From: Nitrosopumilaceae archaeon
Lineage (GTDB): Archaea; Thermoproteota; Nitrososphaeria; Nitrososphaerales; Nitrosopumilaceae
NCBI GenBank assembly: GCA_052389415.1
Contig: JBQTHX010000081.1
Coordinates: 1 to 34,621, forward strand
Direction: 5' to 3'
Length of the DNA: 34,621 nt
Positions 8,192 to 18,043 of the stretch are shown piece after piece. Position 1 is the first letter of the stretch, and each line of letters opens with the position of its first letter. The translations under genes and the position numbers were made by a program. The notes beneath the pieces are model-generated. The model saw only the letters and a list, made by a program, of their open reading frames with translations, searched no databases and was not told where the DNA came from.

Positions 8192-10546
8192 ATGTCTTCA
8201 GAAAGGTCATCATCAGGTCTTGTTCGCAGTCTTTCTTTGCTTGACATAACAATGGTAGGAATTGCAGCCATGATAGGAGGTGCGATTTTCGTTCTTGTAG
8301 GCCCTGGTATGAATGAGGCTGGACCAGCATTGATGATCGCTTTTTTGATAAACGGAATAATTACCTTGTTTACAGCCCTTACATATGCTGAGCTTGGTTC
8401 TGCATTACCTGAAGCAGGCGGCGGATACAAGTGGATAAGAGAGGGTCTTCCTAGACCAAATGCGTTCATCAGCGGTTGGATGGCATGGTTTGGCCATATG
8501 ATTGCAGGAAGTCTGTACGCTGTTGCCTTTGGCTCCTTTTTTGGCCATTTACTTTTGATAACAGGAATTGCGGATTTTCTGGGTGGTATTCCACCTGACA
8601 AACTGATTGCGGTTACTGTAATTGCGCTTTTTACTTACATTAACGTCAAAGGAGTTTCGGATACTGGAAAAATTGGTAATGCCATTACTTTCTCACAGCT
8701 CGCCGTAATTGGCATTCTCATAGCAGGAGGATTATTTGCTATGGCCTTTACAAATCCAAATTGGCCAACAAATTTTGATGAATTTTTTCCAAACGGCAGT
8801 ATTGGATTGATAATTGCTATGGGTCTTACTTTTATTGCCTTTGAAGGATATGAAATAATTGTACAAACAGGAGAAGAAGCTAAAAATCCAAAAAAGAATA
8901 TTCCCAGAGCAATTTTTATTTCGTTAGGAGTAGTCGTAACTCTTTACATCGTATTTGCTTTTGTATTCATTGGTGGAATAAATTCAGCAGAAATTGGAAA
9001 GACCTCTTGGCAGTTCATTGGGGAAAATAAAGAACTAGGAATAATTGAAGGCGCAAAATTTCTCATACCATTTGGTGCACTCGTTGTTCTTGCAGGAGGA
9101 TTAGTGTCCACACTTTCTGCACTAAATGCAACAACGTTTTCTTCAAGCAGAGTCGCATTTGCGATGGGAAGGCAATACAACCTTCCTGTAAAATTTAGCG
9201 CAATCCACAAAAGTTACAAGACACCATATTTTGCAACACTTGCATCTGGGTTCATCATGATTATAGTGGCAATATTGCTACCACTAGAACAAATTGCATT
9301 AGCTGCAAGTGTGATGTTTTTGTTTCTCTTTGCTCAAGTAAATGTTGCAGCAATAACAATCAGACGACTATATGGGCACAAGTTAGACTATGGATTCAAA
9401 ACTCCATTTTTTCCGGTTTTGCCACTAATAGGAGTCTTTTCAACAATAGGCCTGGCAATCTATCTTTTAGTTTACAATCCCTTAAGCTGGTTAATTGCAA
9501 TAATTTGGGTAATTATCGGATTCTCAGTTTACAAGGTGTATTCTATTAAAAAAGAGTTGGAACATTACGCACCACTTGTAGCAAGTGAAGGTCCAGATGA
9601 ACGAAAGAATTATCGAATTATGATTGTTTACAATCCATTGACTGCTGAAAAGCTAGCAAAAATAGCATCCGCGATAGCTCAAGATAAAGGTGGTGAAATT
9701 TTGTTCTTAAATGCAGTTGTTGTTCCAATACAACTTCCATTGTCTTCCGCTCAAGGATTTGCAGAACCTGCCATGAAATCCTTTGACGAACTCAAGCAAA
9801 ATCTTCCCTATTCTGTAGAGCATAGATATCTTGTCAGATTATCCCATGATACTACTGAAGCAATTCTTGCAACTGTCGAAGAACAAGGAATAAACCTACT
9901 AATAATGGATTTTCACAGTCTTCGCAGTAACAGAAAACTGCTCTCGCTAACTACATGCGACATTATAGGAGTAAATATCAAGCCGAATTTTGAAAAAGAA
10001 TTGACAAACATCGTTGTATCATATGATAAAGGAAGACATTCAAATCTTGGTCTAGAAATTGCAAACTCTTTCTCAAACTCATTAAACAGTAGGATACGAA
10101 TAGTTAGAGGAGTTGTCGAATCACCAGAAGAGGAACGTGACATTTTAGGAAGAATCAATGAAAGGATGTTTGATCTAGACATGAAAAAAATCCCAGTGGA
10201 AAGAGTTTATTCACAAACAGATAATGTCACTCAAAGTCTTCTCAAGAATTTTGACAACGGAATACCAGAGATAATAATAACTGGAGCTGGCAATCAGTCA
10301 GACCAAGCATTCAGTCCAAAGACAATGGAAGTTGTTGAAAAATCTACAAAGACGGTATTTGTAATTCGTGATTCTAGGTTATCAGGAATTCAGGCCAGAT
10401 ATTTCTGGAACGTGTTAGCACCAAGATTAAGAGAAAACCGAGTTATCTACAGAATGTACCTTGATGTGCTAAGGCTTGTCTATTTCATTAGAATGAAACG
10501 AGCAAAAGCTAGATCCGACGAAGATTACTTTGGGCCAAAAATGTGA
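8192..10546 (+). CDS. APC-family amino acid permease with C-terminal USP-like domains
   Basis: About 12 TMs with IGGAIF, YAELGS..P.AGG.Y, AFEGYE and EE.KNPKK.IP; soluble ~310-aa tail with two USP-like alpha/beta units. Confidence 0.9.
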   Translation: MSSERSSSGLVRSLSLLDITMVGIAAMIGGAIFVLVGPGMNEAGPALMIAFLINGIITLFTALTYAELGSALPEAGGGYKWIREGLPRPNAFISGWMAWFGHMIAGSLYAVAFGSFFGHLLLITGIADFLGGIPPDKLIAVTVIALFTYINVKGVSDTGKIGNAITFSQLAVIGILIAGGLFAMAFTNPNWPTNFDEFFPNGSIGLIIAMGLTFIAFEGYEIIVQTGEEAKNPKKNIPRAIFISLGVVVTLYIVFAFVFIGGINSAEIGKTSWQFIGENKELGIIEGAKFLIPFGALVVLAGGLVSTLSALNATTFSSSRVAFAMGRQYNLPVKFSAIHKSYKTPYFATLASGFIMIIVAILLPLEQIALAASVMFLFLFAQVNVAAITIRRLYGHKLDYGFKTPFFPVLPLIGVFSTIGLAIYLLVYNPLSWLIAIIWVIIGFSVYKVYSIKKELEHYAPLVASEGPDERKNYRIMIVYNPLTAEKLAKIASAIAQDKGGEILFLNAVVVPIQLPLSSAQGFAEPAMKSFDELKQNLPYSVEHRYLVRLSHDTTEAILATVEEQGINLLIMDFHSLRSNRKLLSLTTCDIIGVNIKPNFEKELTNIVVSYDKGRHSNLGLEIANSFSNSLNSRIRIVRGVVESPEEERDILGRINERMFDLDMKKIPVERVYSQTDNVTQSLLKNFDNGIPEIIITGAGNQSDQAFSPKTMEVVEKSTKTVFVIRDSRLSGIQARYFWNVLAPRLRENRVIYRMYLDVLRLVYFIRMKRAKARSDEDYFGPKM

Positions 10547-10597
10547 TTCAACGACACTTGAAAATCTTAAAATAGAAATTTTCATATAATAATTCCA

Positions 10598-10881
10598 AGT
10601 GCGAGCTGGTGCACGAGCCACTGCTACGGCAGAGGAAACTCCTCCCTCCATGCAGTAAGTGTGATCCAGAGATGGATAATCAGAGATGGTTGGCTCCAGA
10701 ACAGAAAAGTATCTGACCCGGCGTACTGTGATGGCAAAACCTGAGGTTTCCGGCAAAAGAGTGAAAAAGCTGTCCCACACGGAGCAAGGCCAAACAAAAC
10801 TATAGGAACTGCACTTTGTTTAGGTAGGCCGCATAGCTGAATCTCGTAAAAACAGAAGGAGGGTTACGGCTAGCACGCACT
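10598..10881 (+). ncRNA. rnpB: Archaeal RNase P RNA
   Basis: CR-I GAGGAAACTCC (10632-10642), ACAGAAA, GTGAAA, GGAGCAAG and CR-V AACAGAAGGAGGGTTAC (10851-10867). The ends pair as P1 (AGTGCG.GCTGG / CTAGC.CGCACT). GC-rich relative to its flanks. Confidence 0.95.
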
Positions 10882-10888
10882 AAATTTT

Positions 10889-11947
10889 TTAATTGCCTCT
10901 TTGTTTTTTGAGCTTTTTGTCGCTCCAGACTAGAACAAAAACTGCAACAGCTCCGCCAGCAGCTGCCATTCCATACATTACACCTACTGGAAATCCTCCA
11001 GTTGAAGTCGTCGCATAACCTTCTGGTACTTTCGGACTTGAACCAAAGTATTCAGAGTCATCAACAGAGGTTTCAGTAACAAATCCATCTATAGAAATAG
11101 TTGCAGAGTGTGCTGACTCTACTGTTCGTATGACATATTTCTTGTCAGTAGTAAACTCTACTGATTTTTCCCTTTCTGTTTGAATTCCTTCTCTTATACT
11201 ACTTTCACCCATGGTAAAACTTGTAATTACTAATTTCTCTGTATATCCCCACTTGGCAGTTTCTGAAATTGTTCCAGATGGATCGAAAAGATGGTGCCAG
11301 TTAGAAAGTGGTTGTGCCAATATTCCACTGGCATCAATTAAACTGACATTCAAAATATCTTCGCCCTCTGTTCCAACTATCTTTTCATAAACTTCAGGAG
11401 TTTCTTTCATCAAGAAACCTGACAAGGTATTAATTTCAACATCACCGTGCTCTGCATCTGTTATTGTTACTGGACCATTTACTGTTAGTCCTCTCCAATT
11501 TGCATCAATAAGTGCTGGATTGTTCCCTTCTGCAGGACGCAAAAGATAATTTGTCATTGTAGGTATGATAGTTACTTTGTAATCTATTGCGGCTTGTCCC
11601 CCGCGTCCTTGAAGATGAGCTCTATAGGTTAATTCCAGGTCGGTAACAAAAACGGTACTGTCTATACTCTGTAAATTAGAGTTCATTTTTTGTATAAGCT
11701 CAGAAACACCAGGAGTGTCCTTGTTTGCTTCGATACTAACCAAAATATCCTTGCCATTTAATAATTTTGAAATTTCTCCACCGTCTTCATATTCAATAAA
11801 GACAGTCTTTAAGAATTTGAAAGTAGGCTGAGCTTCTGACAGATGTGTACTTAGTCGTGCATCTAGCTGAGCTGCCCAAATAGGAGAGATGCTGCCAACA
11901 ACTAAAAGGCCAATAATTCCAACTGAGAAAATTAGCCTCTTAGACAC
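10889..11947 (-). CDS. Hypothetical cell-surface protein with signal peptide and C-terminal TM anchor
   Basis: 352 aa, GTG start; N-terminal hydrophobic signal, acidic body, C-terminal TM followed by a KKLKK tail. Confidence 0.8.
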   Translation of the reverse strand: MSKRLIFSVGIIGLLVVGSISPIWAAQLDARLSTHLSEAQPTFKFLKTVFIEYEDGGEISKLLNGKDILVSIEANKDTPGVSELIQKMNSNLQSIDSTVFVTDLELTYRAHLQGRGGQAAIDYKVTIIPTMTNYLLRPAEGNNPALIDANWRGLTVNGPVTITDAEHGDVEINTLSGFLMKETPEVYEKIVGTEGEDILNVSLIDASGILAQPLSNWHHLFDPSGTISETAKWGYTEKLVITSFTMGESSIREGIQTEREKSVEFTTDKKYVIRTVESAHSATISIDGFVTETSVDDSEYFGSSPKVPEGYATTSTGGFPVGVMYGMAAAGGAVAVFVLVWSDKKLKKQRGN

Positions 11948-12073
11948 GAAAAAACTGCTTTTGGTGATAGTAATAAATCTTCTTTTTCAAATTACATCGA
12001 TTCAAAAATTTGATAGTCTAGCAAAATTATTATTGTGCATCAGTCTTCCTAAACAAATCTTGGTGAACTAAAA

Positions 12074-12994
12074 ATGATAGCAATACTTGCTGGAGGAACA
12101 GGTTCCGTAAAACTCGTACGTGGAATATCATCACAAACAAGAGATATCAATGTAATATCAAACGTTGGTGACAACTATTGGCTCTATGGCCTCTATGTAT
12201 GTCCTGACATCGATACAATTCTCTATGGACTTGCTGATTTGCTTGACACTGACAAAGGCTGGGGAATAAAAAAAGACTCCTTTGGATTTTTACGTCAAAT
12301 GGAAATACTTGGAGAAGAAACTTGGTTTAAGATTGGTGACAGAGATGTCGCAACTCATCTTCTAAGGACCAATATGCTAAAAAATGGGAAAAATTTGACT
12401 GACATAACTGCGTGGATGTGCCAAAAATTTGCCATTGATACAAAGATAATCCCAGTAACAGATAACAGTGTAGAGACAAGAATTGTTACAAACAAGGGAG
12501 AACTTCACTTGCAAGAATATTGGGTAAAATACAGAGGTCAAGATAATGTAGAGGGAATAAAATATCTTGGTGCTGACAAAGCTCGTGCAAATCCAGCTGC
12601 AGTAAACGCGATTCATGACGCTAGTCTAGTAATAATTGCTCCAGGTAATCCACTTACTAGCATCGGACCAATTTTATCTATCAAAGGAATTAAAAAGGAG
12701 CTCTCAAAATCAAAAAAGAAAGTTGTTGTTGTTAGTCCACTTATCGGAAACAAAGCAATCAGTGGCCCCGCTGTAAAATACATGGAAGCTGCAGGAATGG
12801 AGGTTTCTGCTTATGGACTTGCAAAGATGTACTCAGAAGTTGCTTCGCACATGGTAATTGATTCATCTGACAGATTGCTTACAAGAAAGATAGAAAACCT
12901 AGACATGCACGTATATGAAACTAAAATAAAAATGAAAGATAAGATCGAAGAAACTGCGCTTGCATCATTTATTCTAAAACAAGTGCATGTCTAA
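12074..12994 (+). CDS. cofD: 2-phospho-L-lactate transferase (F420 biosynthesis)
   Basis: LAGGTG, NVGD, VCPDIDT, GWG, WFKIGDRD.ATH, HLQEYWV, PGNP..SIGPI and SGPA motifs. Confidence 0.95.
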   Translation: MIAILAGGTGSVKLVRGISSQTRDINVISNVGDNYWLYGLYVCPDIDTILYGLADLLDTDKGWGIKKDSFGFLRQMEILGEETWFKIGDRDVATHLLRTNMLKNGKNLTDITAWMCQKFAIDTKIIPVTDNSVETRIVTNKGELHLQEYWVKYRGQDNVEGIKYLGADKARANPAAVNAIHDASLVIIAPGNPLTSIGPILSIKGIKKELSKSKKKVVVVSPLIGNKAISGPAVKYMEAAGMEVSAYGLAKMYSEVASHMVIDSSDRLLTRKIENLDMHVYETKIKMKDKIEETALASFILKQVHV

Positions 12995-13625
12995 AATTAG
13001 AACGGCTGCAATAGTCCCCGTTAAAACTTTTTCAAAAGCAAAAAAGCGGTTAAATCTTTCTCCTGAAAAGACCGAGATTATCTGCAAGCTGATGCTAGAA
13101 GAAGTCCTAAATACGATATCAAAATCTCACCTAATTGAAAAAACTGCGCTTGTCACTAAAGACGAGGAGGCATTTACAATAGGGAAAAAATTTGGATGTA
13201 TGGAAATCATGGATGAAAAAGAACAAGGAGTAAATAACGCGGTGGCCTTGGCTGACAAATACTTTCTAAACGACGGGTTTGACGCTTCCTTCGTGTTTCC
13301 TCAAGATATCCCGTTAATGGAACCAGAAGACATTCAGACTCTATTTAATTTCAAAAACGCCCAAAAATGTGCGCTTGTCGTTCCTTCCAGAAAGTTTGAT
13401 GGGACTAACGCTTTATTTCGAACTCCTGTAGATTTGATGAAAACCCACTATGATGAGGACAGCTACAAGATTCATCTTACTACAGGACAAGAAAGTTCCG
13501 CATCAACTGCCCTTATTCTAATAGGAAGAATGATGCTTGATGTAGATGAGATATCTGATCTACAATTTGTGGCAAAATATTCTAAACCCTCGCTTTCTAA
13601 TATGATAGAAATATGTATGTCATAA
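12987..13625 (+). CDS. cofC: 2-phospho-L-lactate/PEP guanylyltransferase (F420 biosynthesis)
   Basis: IVPVK...AK.RL, G.NNA, DIPL, GTNAL, S...H and DVDE..DL motifs; overlaps cofD by 8 nt. Confidence 0.93.
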   Translation: MSKIRTAAIVPVKTFSKAKKRLNLSPEKTEIICKLMLEEVLNTISKSHLIEKTALVTKDEEAFTIGKKFGCMEIMDEKEQGVNNAVALADKYFLNDGFDASFVFPQDIPLMEPEDIQTLFNFKNAQKCALVVPSRKFDGTNALFRTPVDLMKTHYDEDSYKIHLTTGQESSASTALILIGRMMLDVDEISDLQFVAKYSKPSLSNMIEICMS

Positions 13626-14603
13626 TAACACAGTACTTTGTTTTTTTGATTTAAAATAATTTAAAACGAAAATTATTGCAGCCAGAGTACCTGAGATCAC
13701 AAACAAAATCTCCAGAGTACTAAGAAATGGATTAGATGTTTCGTTTAATGTGTGATTCATGTCAGACATGAAAAAAATATATGAAAAAATAAAATAATTA
13801 GTTGCCCAATGAAGCAAAATTGCTGGGGCTAATCCGTGTCTTACATAGACCCACCCGATGATAATGCCACTTGTTGCTGCTTGTGCAAACTTTCCTGTAC
13901 TCCATGGAGATCCTGAAATTACATGTGCTGCACCAAAAAGTATTCCAACCGCTACGATTAGAATTAACACTTTTCTGAAGCTTGTAATATCTAAATTCTG
14001 AGAAGGATGCCATAATGACTTGAAAAAATTTCCAATGGATGTTTTTGTGGCAAAAATAAGATAAAGCGGTAAACCAATAAGAATCACCCTAAATCCAAGC
14101 TCTTCAGTTATTGGTGATATGGTAATAAGAAAGAACTGCATTAACTTGTTCTGGATTTGTGGTGGTTCAACAGAGATCCCAAAACCTTGTTGCACCGAAT
14201 CTATGACAATTGACGCAACAATTAGGATTGAAAACCAAGTTAACATTCCAAGAAGATAATTGTTTTTAATGCTGTTCAAACCCTCAGTGATCAGCGAAGA
14301 AAGAGCCTGAGAAAAACTAGTTTTTGGACCAAAAATAGAGATTGCAAACAAAACTAGGTAAACACACCAAACCACAATAAAGCCATCCCCTAACTCGAAC
14401 TGAATTGGAATCTTTAGACCAATACCCGCAATAAAAACATCAATTCCGTCAATAGGGAAATCAAACATTATTTCGTTGCCAATTTCTGAATTAAAGACTA
14501 CATATGCTCCGATAGGAAATGAAACAATCATCAATCCAAAAATTACCGAAGTTATTGCAGAGTAAGGCGTACAAAAGGCTTTGATTAGTTTATCGCTTGG
14601 CAA
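13620..14603 (-). CDS. CPBP (CAAX/Abi-like) intramembrane glutamic protease
   Basis: EExxFR (TEELGFR), FxxxH (FGAAH) and HxxxN (HWATN) motifs in a multi-TM protein. Confidence 0.9.
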   Translation of the reverse strand: MPSDKLIKAFCTPYSAITSVIFGLMIVSFPIGAYVVFNSEIGNEIMFDFPIDGIDVFIAGIGLKIPIQFELGDGFIVVWCVYLVLFAISIFGPKTSFSQALSSLITEGLNSIKNNYLLGMLTWFSILIVASIVIDSVQQGFGISVEPPQIQNKLMQFFLITISPITEELGFRVILIGLPLYLIFATKTSIGNFFKSLWHPSQNLDITSFRKVLILIVAVGILFGAAHVISGSPWSTGKFAQAATSGIIIGWVYVRHGLAPAILLHWATNYFIFSYIFFMSDMNHTLNETSNPFLSTLEILFVISGTLAAIIFVLNYFKSKKQSTVLL

Positions 14604-14608
14604 ATCAA

Positions 14609-14917
14609 TTAATGAACTTCTATGCTGGATTCAGGAAATCCCAACTTTACCAAAGTTCCCTTGATAGTATCTCTGTGATCCCCTTGAAGTAGTATGTAAC
14701 CGTCCTTTACTGTGCCACCACATGCGTATTTTGCTTTTAACTCTCTTACTACTTTGCTAAGGTCATTCATTTTTGGATTTACTCCTTCGATCATGGTCCC
14801 TTTCTTTTTGAATCGTCTTTCCTCTAAACGAACAACAATCTGGGTAGCATCTTTTTCAAGTTCGCCACAGGCGCATAAATCATCAGGAAGTCCGCATGTA
14901 TTGCAGATAACCGCCAT
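14609..14917 (-). CDS. sui1: Translation initiation factor aIF1/SUI1
   Basis: N-terminal CxxC-GLP-DLCxC, E.RRFKK..T, LK.KYACGGT and LQGDHR. Confidence 0.95.
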   Translation of the reverse strand: MAVICNTCGLPDDLCACGELEKDATQIVVRLEERRFKKKGTMIEGVNPKMNDLSKVVRELKAKYACGGTVKDGYILLQGDHRDTIKGTLVKLGFPESSIEVH

Positions 14918-14995
14918 TCAAGATAAAAAATCGCTTTCCTACTATTAAGCCTTGTCCGTCTCTATCTTTTTTACTTGGATATGTAAGAAAGATTT

Positions 14996-15313
14996 GTGCC
15001 AGATGAAGTTACCAAAAAAGCTATAGAGATGCTACTCAAAGGTGCTACTCTAATAAGCGATCCGTGTCCATACTGCAAAGGTGTTAGAGTGATGAAAAAT
15101 GGTAATGCACTTTGTGTAAATTGTGGAAGAGAGGCAAAAGAAGAAGAAATTCCTGCACAAGAAAAAACTGAAAAATCCATTCCTGCAAAATTTGAACAAA
15201 AACTAAAGATACTTTATGAAGAATTAGAGAATGAAAAGGATCACCAAAAACAGCAACAGATCATAAAATCCATAACTGATCTACTGGCCTTAATAGAAAA
15301 ACTTAAAAAATAA
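14996..15313 (+). CDS. UPF0148 / autoantigen-p27 family Zn-ribbon protein
   Basis: MLLKGATLIS..CPYC...CVNC followed by a coiled-coil tail. Confidence 0.85.
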   Translation: MPDEVTKKAIEMLLKGATLISDPCPYCKGVRVMKNGNALCVNCGREAKEEEIPAQEKTEKSIPAKFEQKLKILYEELENEKDHQKQQQIIKSITDLLALIEKLKK

Positions 15314-15356
15314 CACGAAAAAGTATTTATGTAAAAATCTCGCCCTCCAATGTACA

Positions 15357-15521
15357 ATGAGTAGCAAAAAATCTGCCCCTCTTCCTGCATCAAGTGCCGG
15401 TCTTTTGAGGTTCTTTGAGGACGAGACAAAAGGTTATCGGGTAAGACCAGAAATTGTAGTATCAATTCCATCTGGGTTGATTGTAATCTCTTGGATTCTA
15501 AAAATATTCTTTCTACCATGA
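15357..15521 (+). CDS. secG: Preprotein translocase subunit Sec61beta (54 aa)
   Basis: Not in the track (<60 aa). MSSKKSAPLPASSAGLLRFFEDETKGYRVRPEIVVSIPSGLIVISWILKIFFLP has the AGLxRF[FY]xE...P + TM signature. Confidence 0.92.
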   Translation: MSSKKSAPLPASSAGLLRFFEDETKGYRVRPEIVVSIPSGLIVISWILKIFFLP

Positions 15522-17254
15522 CAGAAAACGCTGACAATGTCTCCAATATTCATAGGAGATACTCGCTGACTTTACTTACTCCGTCTTCTCCATACCTTTC
15601 TGTTTTTGTTTCTGTTGTTGTTGCATCGATACTAGTCTTGCTATCAGAGCTTGCATATTTTGAAAACTATGACAAGTTTTTCATTCATCTCTTTCTAACG
15701 ATCGTAGTGCTTCTTGTAACCCAACTCCTAGATGCACAACTCTTGAAGACGGAAAAATCTAAGGTAAGACACGTTTCAGGATTTGGAAGTCTATTATGGC
15801 TTGTTACTACAATAGGTGGCATAATTTCTGTTGGCCTCTTTTCCAAACCGGAACTTTTACCAATTTATCTTACCGAGGGAATGTTTTTGTTTGCAAGTTT
15901 TAGAATAGGAATCTTTACTTCAGTTATGGGTGCGAAAGTAAAACTAGCTTGGGCAATATGCTTGATACAACCATTAGCAATGTTTCTAGCCATTGTTCCG
16001 TATCAATTTTGGATTCCAATGCTCAGTGATTTTCAAGCATTAGTTTATGGAGCGATCTTTTTGACCGTGGCAACAATTTGGACCATTGTAAGTGACCGAG
16101 CTGGAGGCCCCAAAGTGCCTAGTACTCACAAGATATTGCAGGCATATGTTGCTGCATGGACAAGAAACAATCCTTCTGAGATGGAACGTCTCATAGAGGA
16201 ACGTTCTCAACCATCAAAAGTCACAACATTTCAAATTAGATTCAAAACAAAAAAGGATGAATTTACTCTAGTGTTGCCAGATGTTCATCCAGGACCATTT
16301 CATCCCATAGGAGGAAGCAACATTCCCTATCAAATATACAAGAATCTAAACTCTTGTGCAATGGTGATGCATGGAATTTCGGATCATTCACTTAACTTGC
16401 CATCAAAATCACAAGTTGATGCATATTTGGCAAGCTTTGCTACAAGCTCTATCTTTGATCAAGGCAGTCATTGCACCAAACCTGTTACAGTACAGGTAAA
16501 CAAGGCAAGGACAGTTGGGTTGTTGTTTGAAAAGACCGCAGTTCTAATCTTGTCACTTTCTCCACATGGGATGGAAGATGTTCCGCTTTATGTAAAAAAT
16601 GAGCTGGACCAGTATGCAAAAAATCGTGGTTTTGATAAACTCTTAATCGTAGACAGTCACAACGCGATGGGAGAAGAGATCTCTCAAACTGATGCGGATG
16701 ATCTTTTCAAAGCAGCAAAATCAAACCTTGATACACTGATTACAAAAGAATCATTGCCCATAGAAATAGGATTTGCGAACAAGGAAAATCAAAAAATCCT
16801 TGCAGATGATCTAGGACCTGGAGGGATTGGAATCTTGTGTATGAAGATAGGAGATGAGAAATTCTTTCTTGGATGGTCCGACTCCAATAACATGCAAAAT
16901 GGTTTTCGTGAAGAGATTGTAAACTCACTATCAAAAAATGGTTATAATCTGATTGAAATGTGTACGTCTGATACTCATTTTAAGACAAAAGAAGCAAGAA
17001 ACAAACACGGTTACTATACTTTTGGCAGTCTGTCTACGCCTGATGATGCATCTTCTTGGTATCTAGATCTTGCTAGAAAAGCTGAGCAGAACATTTCTGA
17101 AGCCTCATTTGAAGCACTTCAACATCAAACAGACGTCAAGATAATGGGGACAACTCTCCTTGAGGATTATTCAAAATCTCTTGATCGTACAATGAGAATA
17201 ACACAGGCATTCCTGATAGGAACTACCGCATTCTTTTTCCTAACTATGTTCTAG
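15518..17254 (+). CDS. DUF2070-family membrane protein (predicted hydrolase)
   Basis: N-terminal multi-TM domain; soluble domain with HPGPF, H..SDH, DSHN, DSNN and TSDTH; C-terminal TM. Start moved to ATG 15518, which overlaps the Sec61beta stop (ATGA). Confidence 0.82.
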   Translation: MTENADNVSNIHRRYSLTLLTPSSPYLSVFVSVVVASILVLLSELAYFENYDKFFIHLFLTIVVLLVTQLLDAQLLKTEKSKVRHVSGFGSLLWLVTTIGGIISVGLFSKPELLPIYLTEGMFLFASFRIGIFTSVMGAKVKLAWAICLIQPLAMFLAIVPYQFWIPMLSDFQALVYGAIFLTVATIWTIVSDRAGGPKVPSTHKILQAYVAAWTRNNPSEMERLIEERSQPSKVTTFQIRFKTKKDEFTLVLPDVHPGPFHPIGGSNIPYQIYKNLNSCAMVMHGISDHSLNLPSKSQVDAYLASFATSSIFDQGSHCTKPVTVQVNKARTVGLLFEKTAVLILSLSPHGMEDVPLYVKNELDQYAKNRGFDKLLIVDSHNAMGEEISQTDADDLFKAAKSNLDTLITKESLPIEIGFANKENQKILADDLGPGGIGILCMKIGDEKFFLGWSDSNNMQNGFREEIVNSLSKNGYNLIEMCTSDTHFKTKEARNKHGYYTFGSLSTPDDASSWYLDLARKAEQNISEASFEALQHQTDVKIMGTTLLEDYSKSLDRTMRITQAFLIGTTAFFFLTMF

Positions 17255-17887
17255 CGTGTTTAGATCTTCCAAGTTTCCATAAAACTCTTCACAAAATGAA
17301 CTAAGCTGGAATATGGGAATTATGGGAACCTTGTCAATGAATCTTATCTCTTCTTGATACAGGGTGACAATTGCAGGAATTGCAGCTTTTATCTTTTCAG
17401 TTTTTAGAAAGCGCTTTGTTCTTTCTATTTGCATTTTTACTGCTTTATCTAAAGATGATTTACTAGATCTTTTCCAATGCTTACAATCGATTAGAATTGC
17501 AACATCTGATTTTATTCCTACTACATCTATTTGCATTCTTGGTTTTGTAAAGATCATATTCCGCGTTGTCTCAAATTCACTGGCATCTAAAATCTCTGCC
17601 GCAAGTGACTCAAAATTTTTCCAATCAAGTGATCTTGAAACTTCACCAATAGGCGCTCCCATCTTTATTGCTAACAAACAAGTCTTTAGTTTGTCAGTTT
17701 CGTTGAAAAAAACTTGATGATCTTCATACTCTCCTATTCCATTTTGAAGGAAACTGTCAAGAATTGATTTTGCAGTATCTTCATCAGTTCTTGTGACTAC
17801 AGAAAAGTCCTTTATTGACAACCCTCCTGGAATTATTCCATTTATTCCTCTCACAATGGTTTGTAGATTCAATAGGGCTGATTTCAC
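17240..17887 (-). CDS. PD-(D/E)xK restriction-endonuclease-fold protein (Mrr_cat-like) with N-terminal wHTH-like region
   Basis: W..FE.L...IL, QIDVV and IDCKHW motifs. Confidence 0.75.
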   Translation of the reverse strand: MKSALLNLQTIVRGINGIIPGGLSIKDFSVVTRTDEDTAKSILDSFLQNGIGEYEDHQVFFNETDKLKTCLLAIKMGAPIGEVSRSLDWKNFESLAAEILDASEFETTRNMIFTKPRMQIDVVGIKSDVAILIDCKHWKRSSKSSLDKAVKMQIERTKRFLKTEKIKAAIPAIVTLYQEEIRFIDKVPIIPIFQLSSFCEEFYGNLEDLNTLEHS

Positions 17888-18043
17888 TCTCTATTATATA
17901 CATTTTAATAATAAATGATAACTATCTGACAAAATCATTTTTCTGATATTTTAGCATATTTAAGGTAATAATTCAAATGTGTGTCCATAATCTGTATCCT
18001 TGATACCAAAGAAGATTAAAAACAGTGACAATCATTCAAAATT

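Noticed and set aside
10469-10780. 103-aa minus-strand ORF
   Set aside because: Antisense to the RNase P RNA and the end of the permease; no protein motifs.
15241-15546. 101-aa minus-strand ORF, and the TTG start at 15491 for DUF2070
   Set aside because: The region is explained by Sec61beta on the plus strand, and ATG 15518 gives a clean ATGA coupling.
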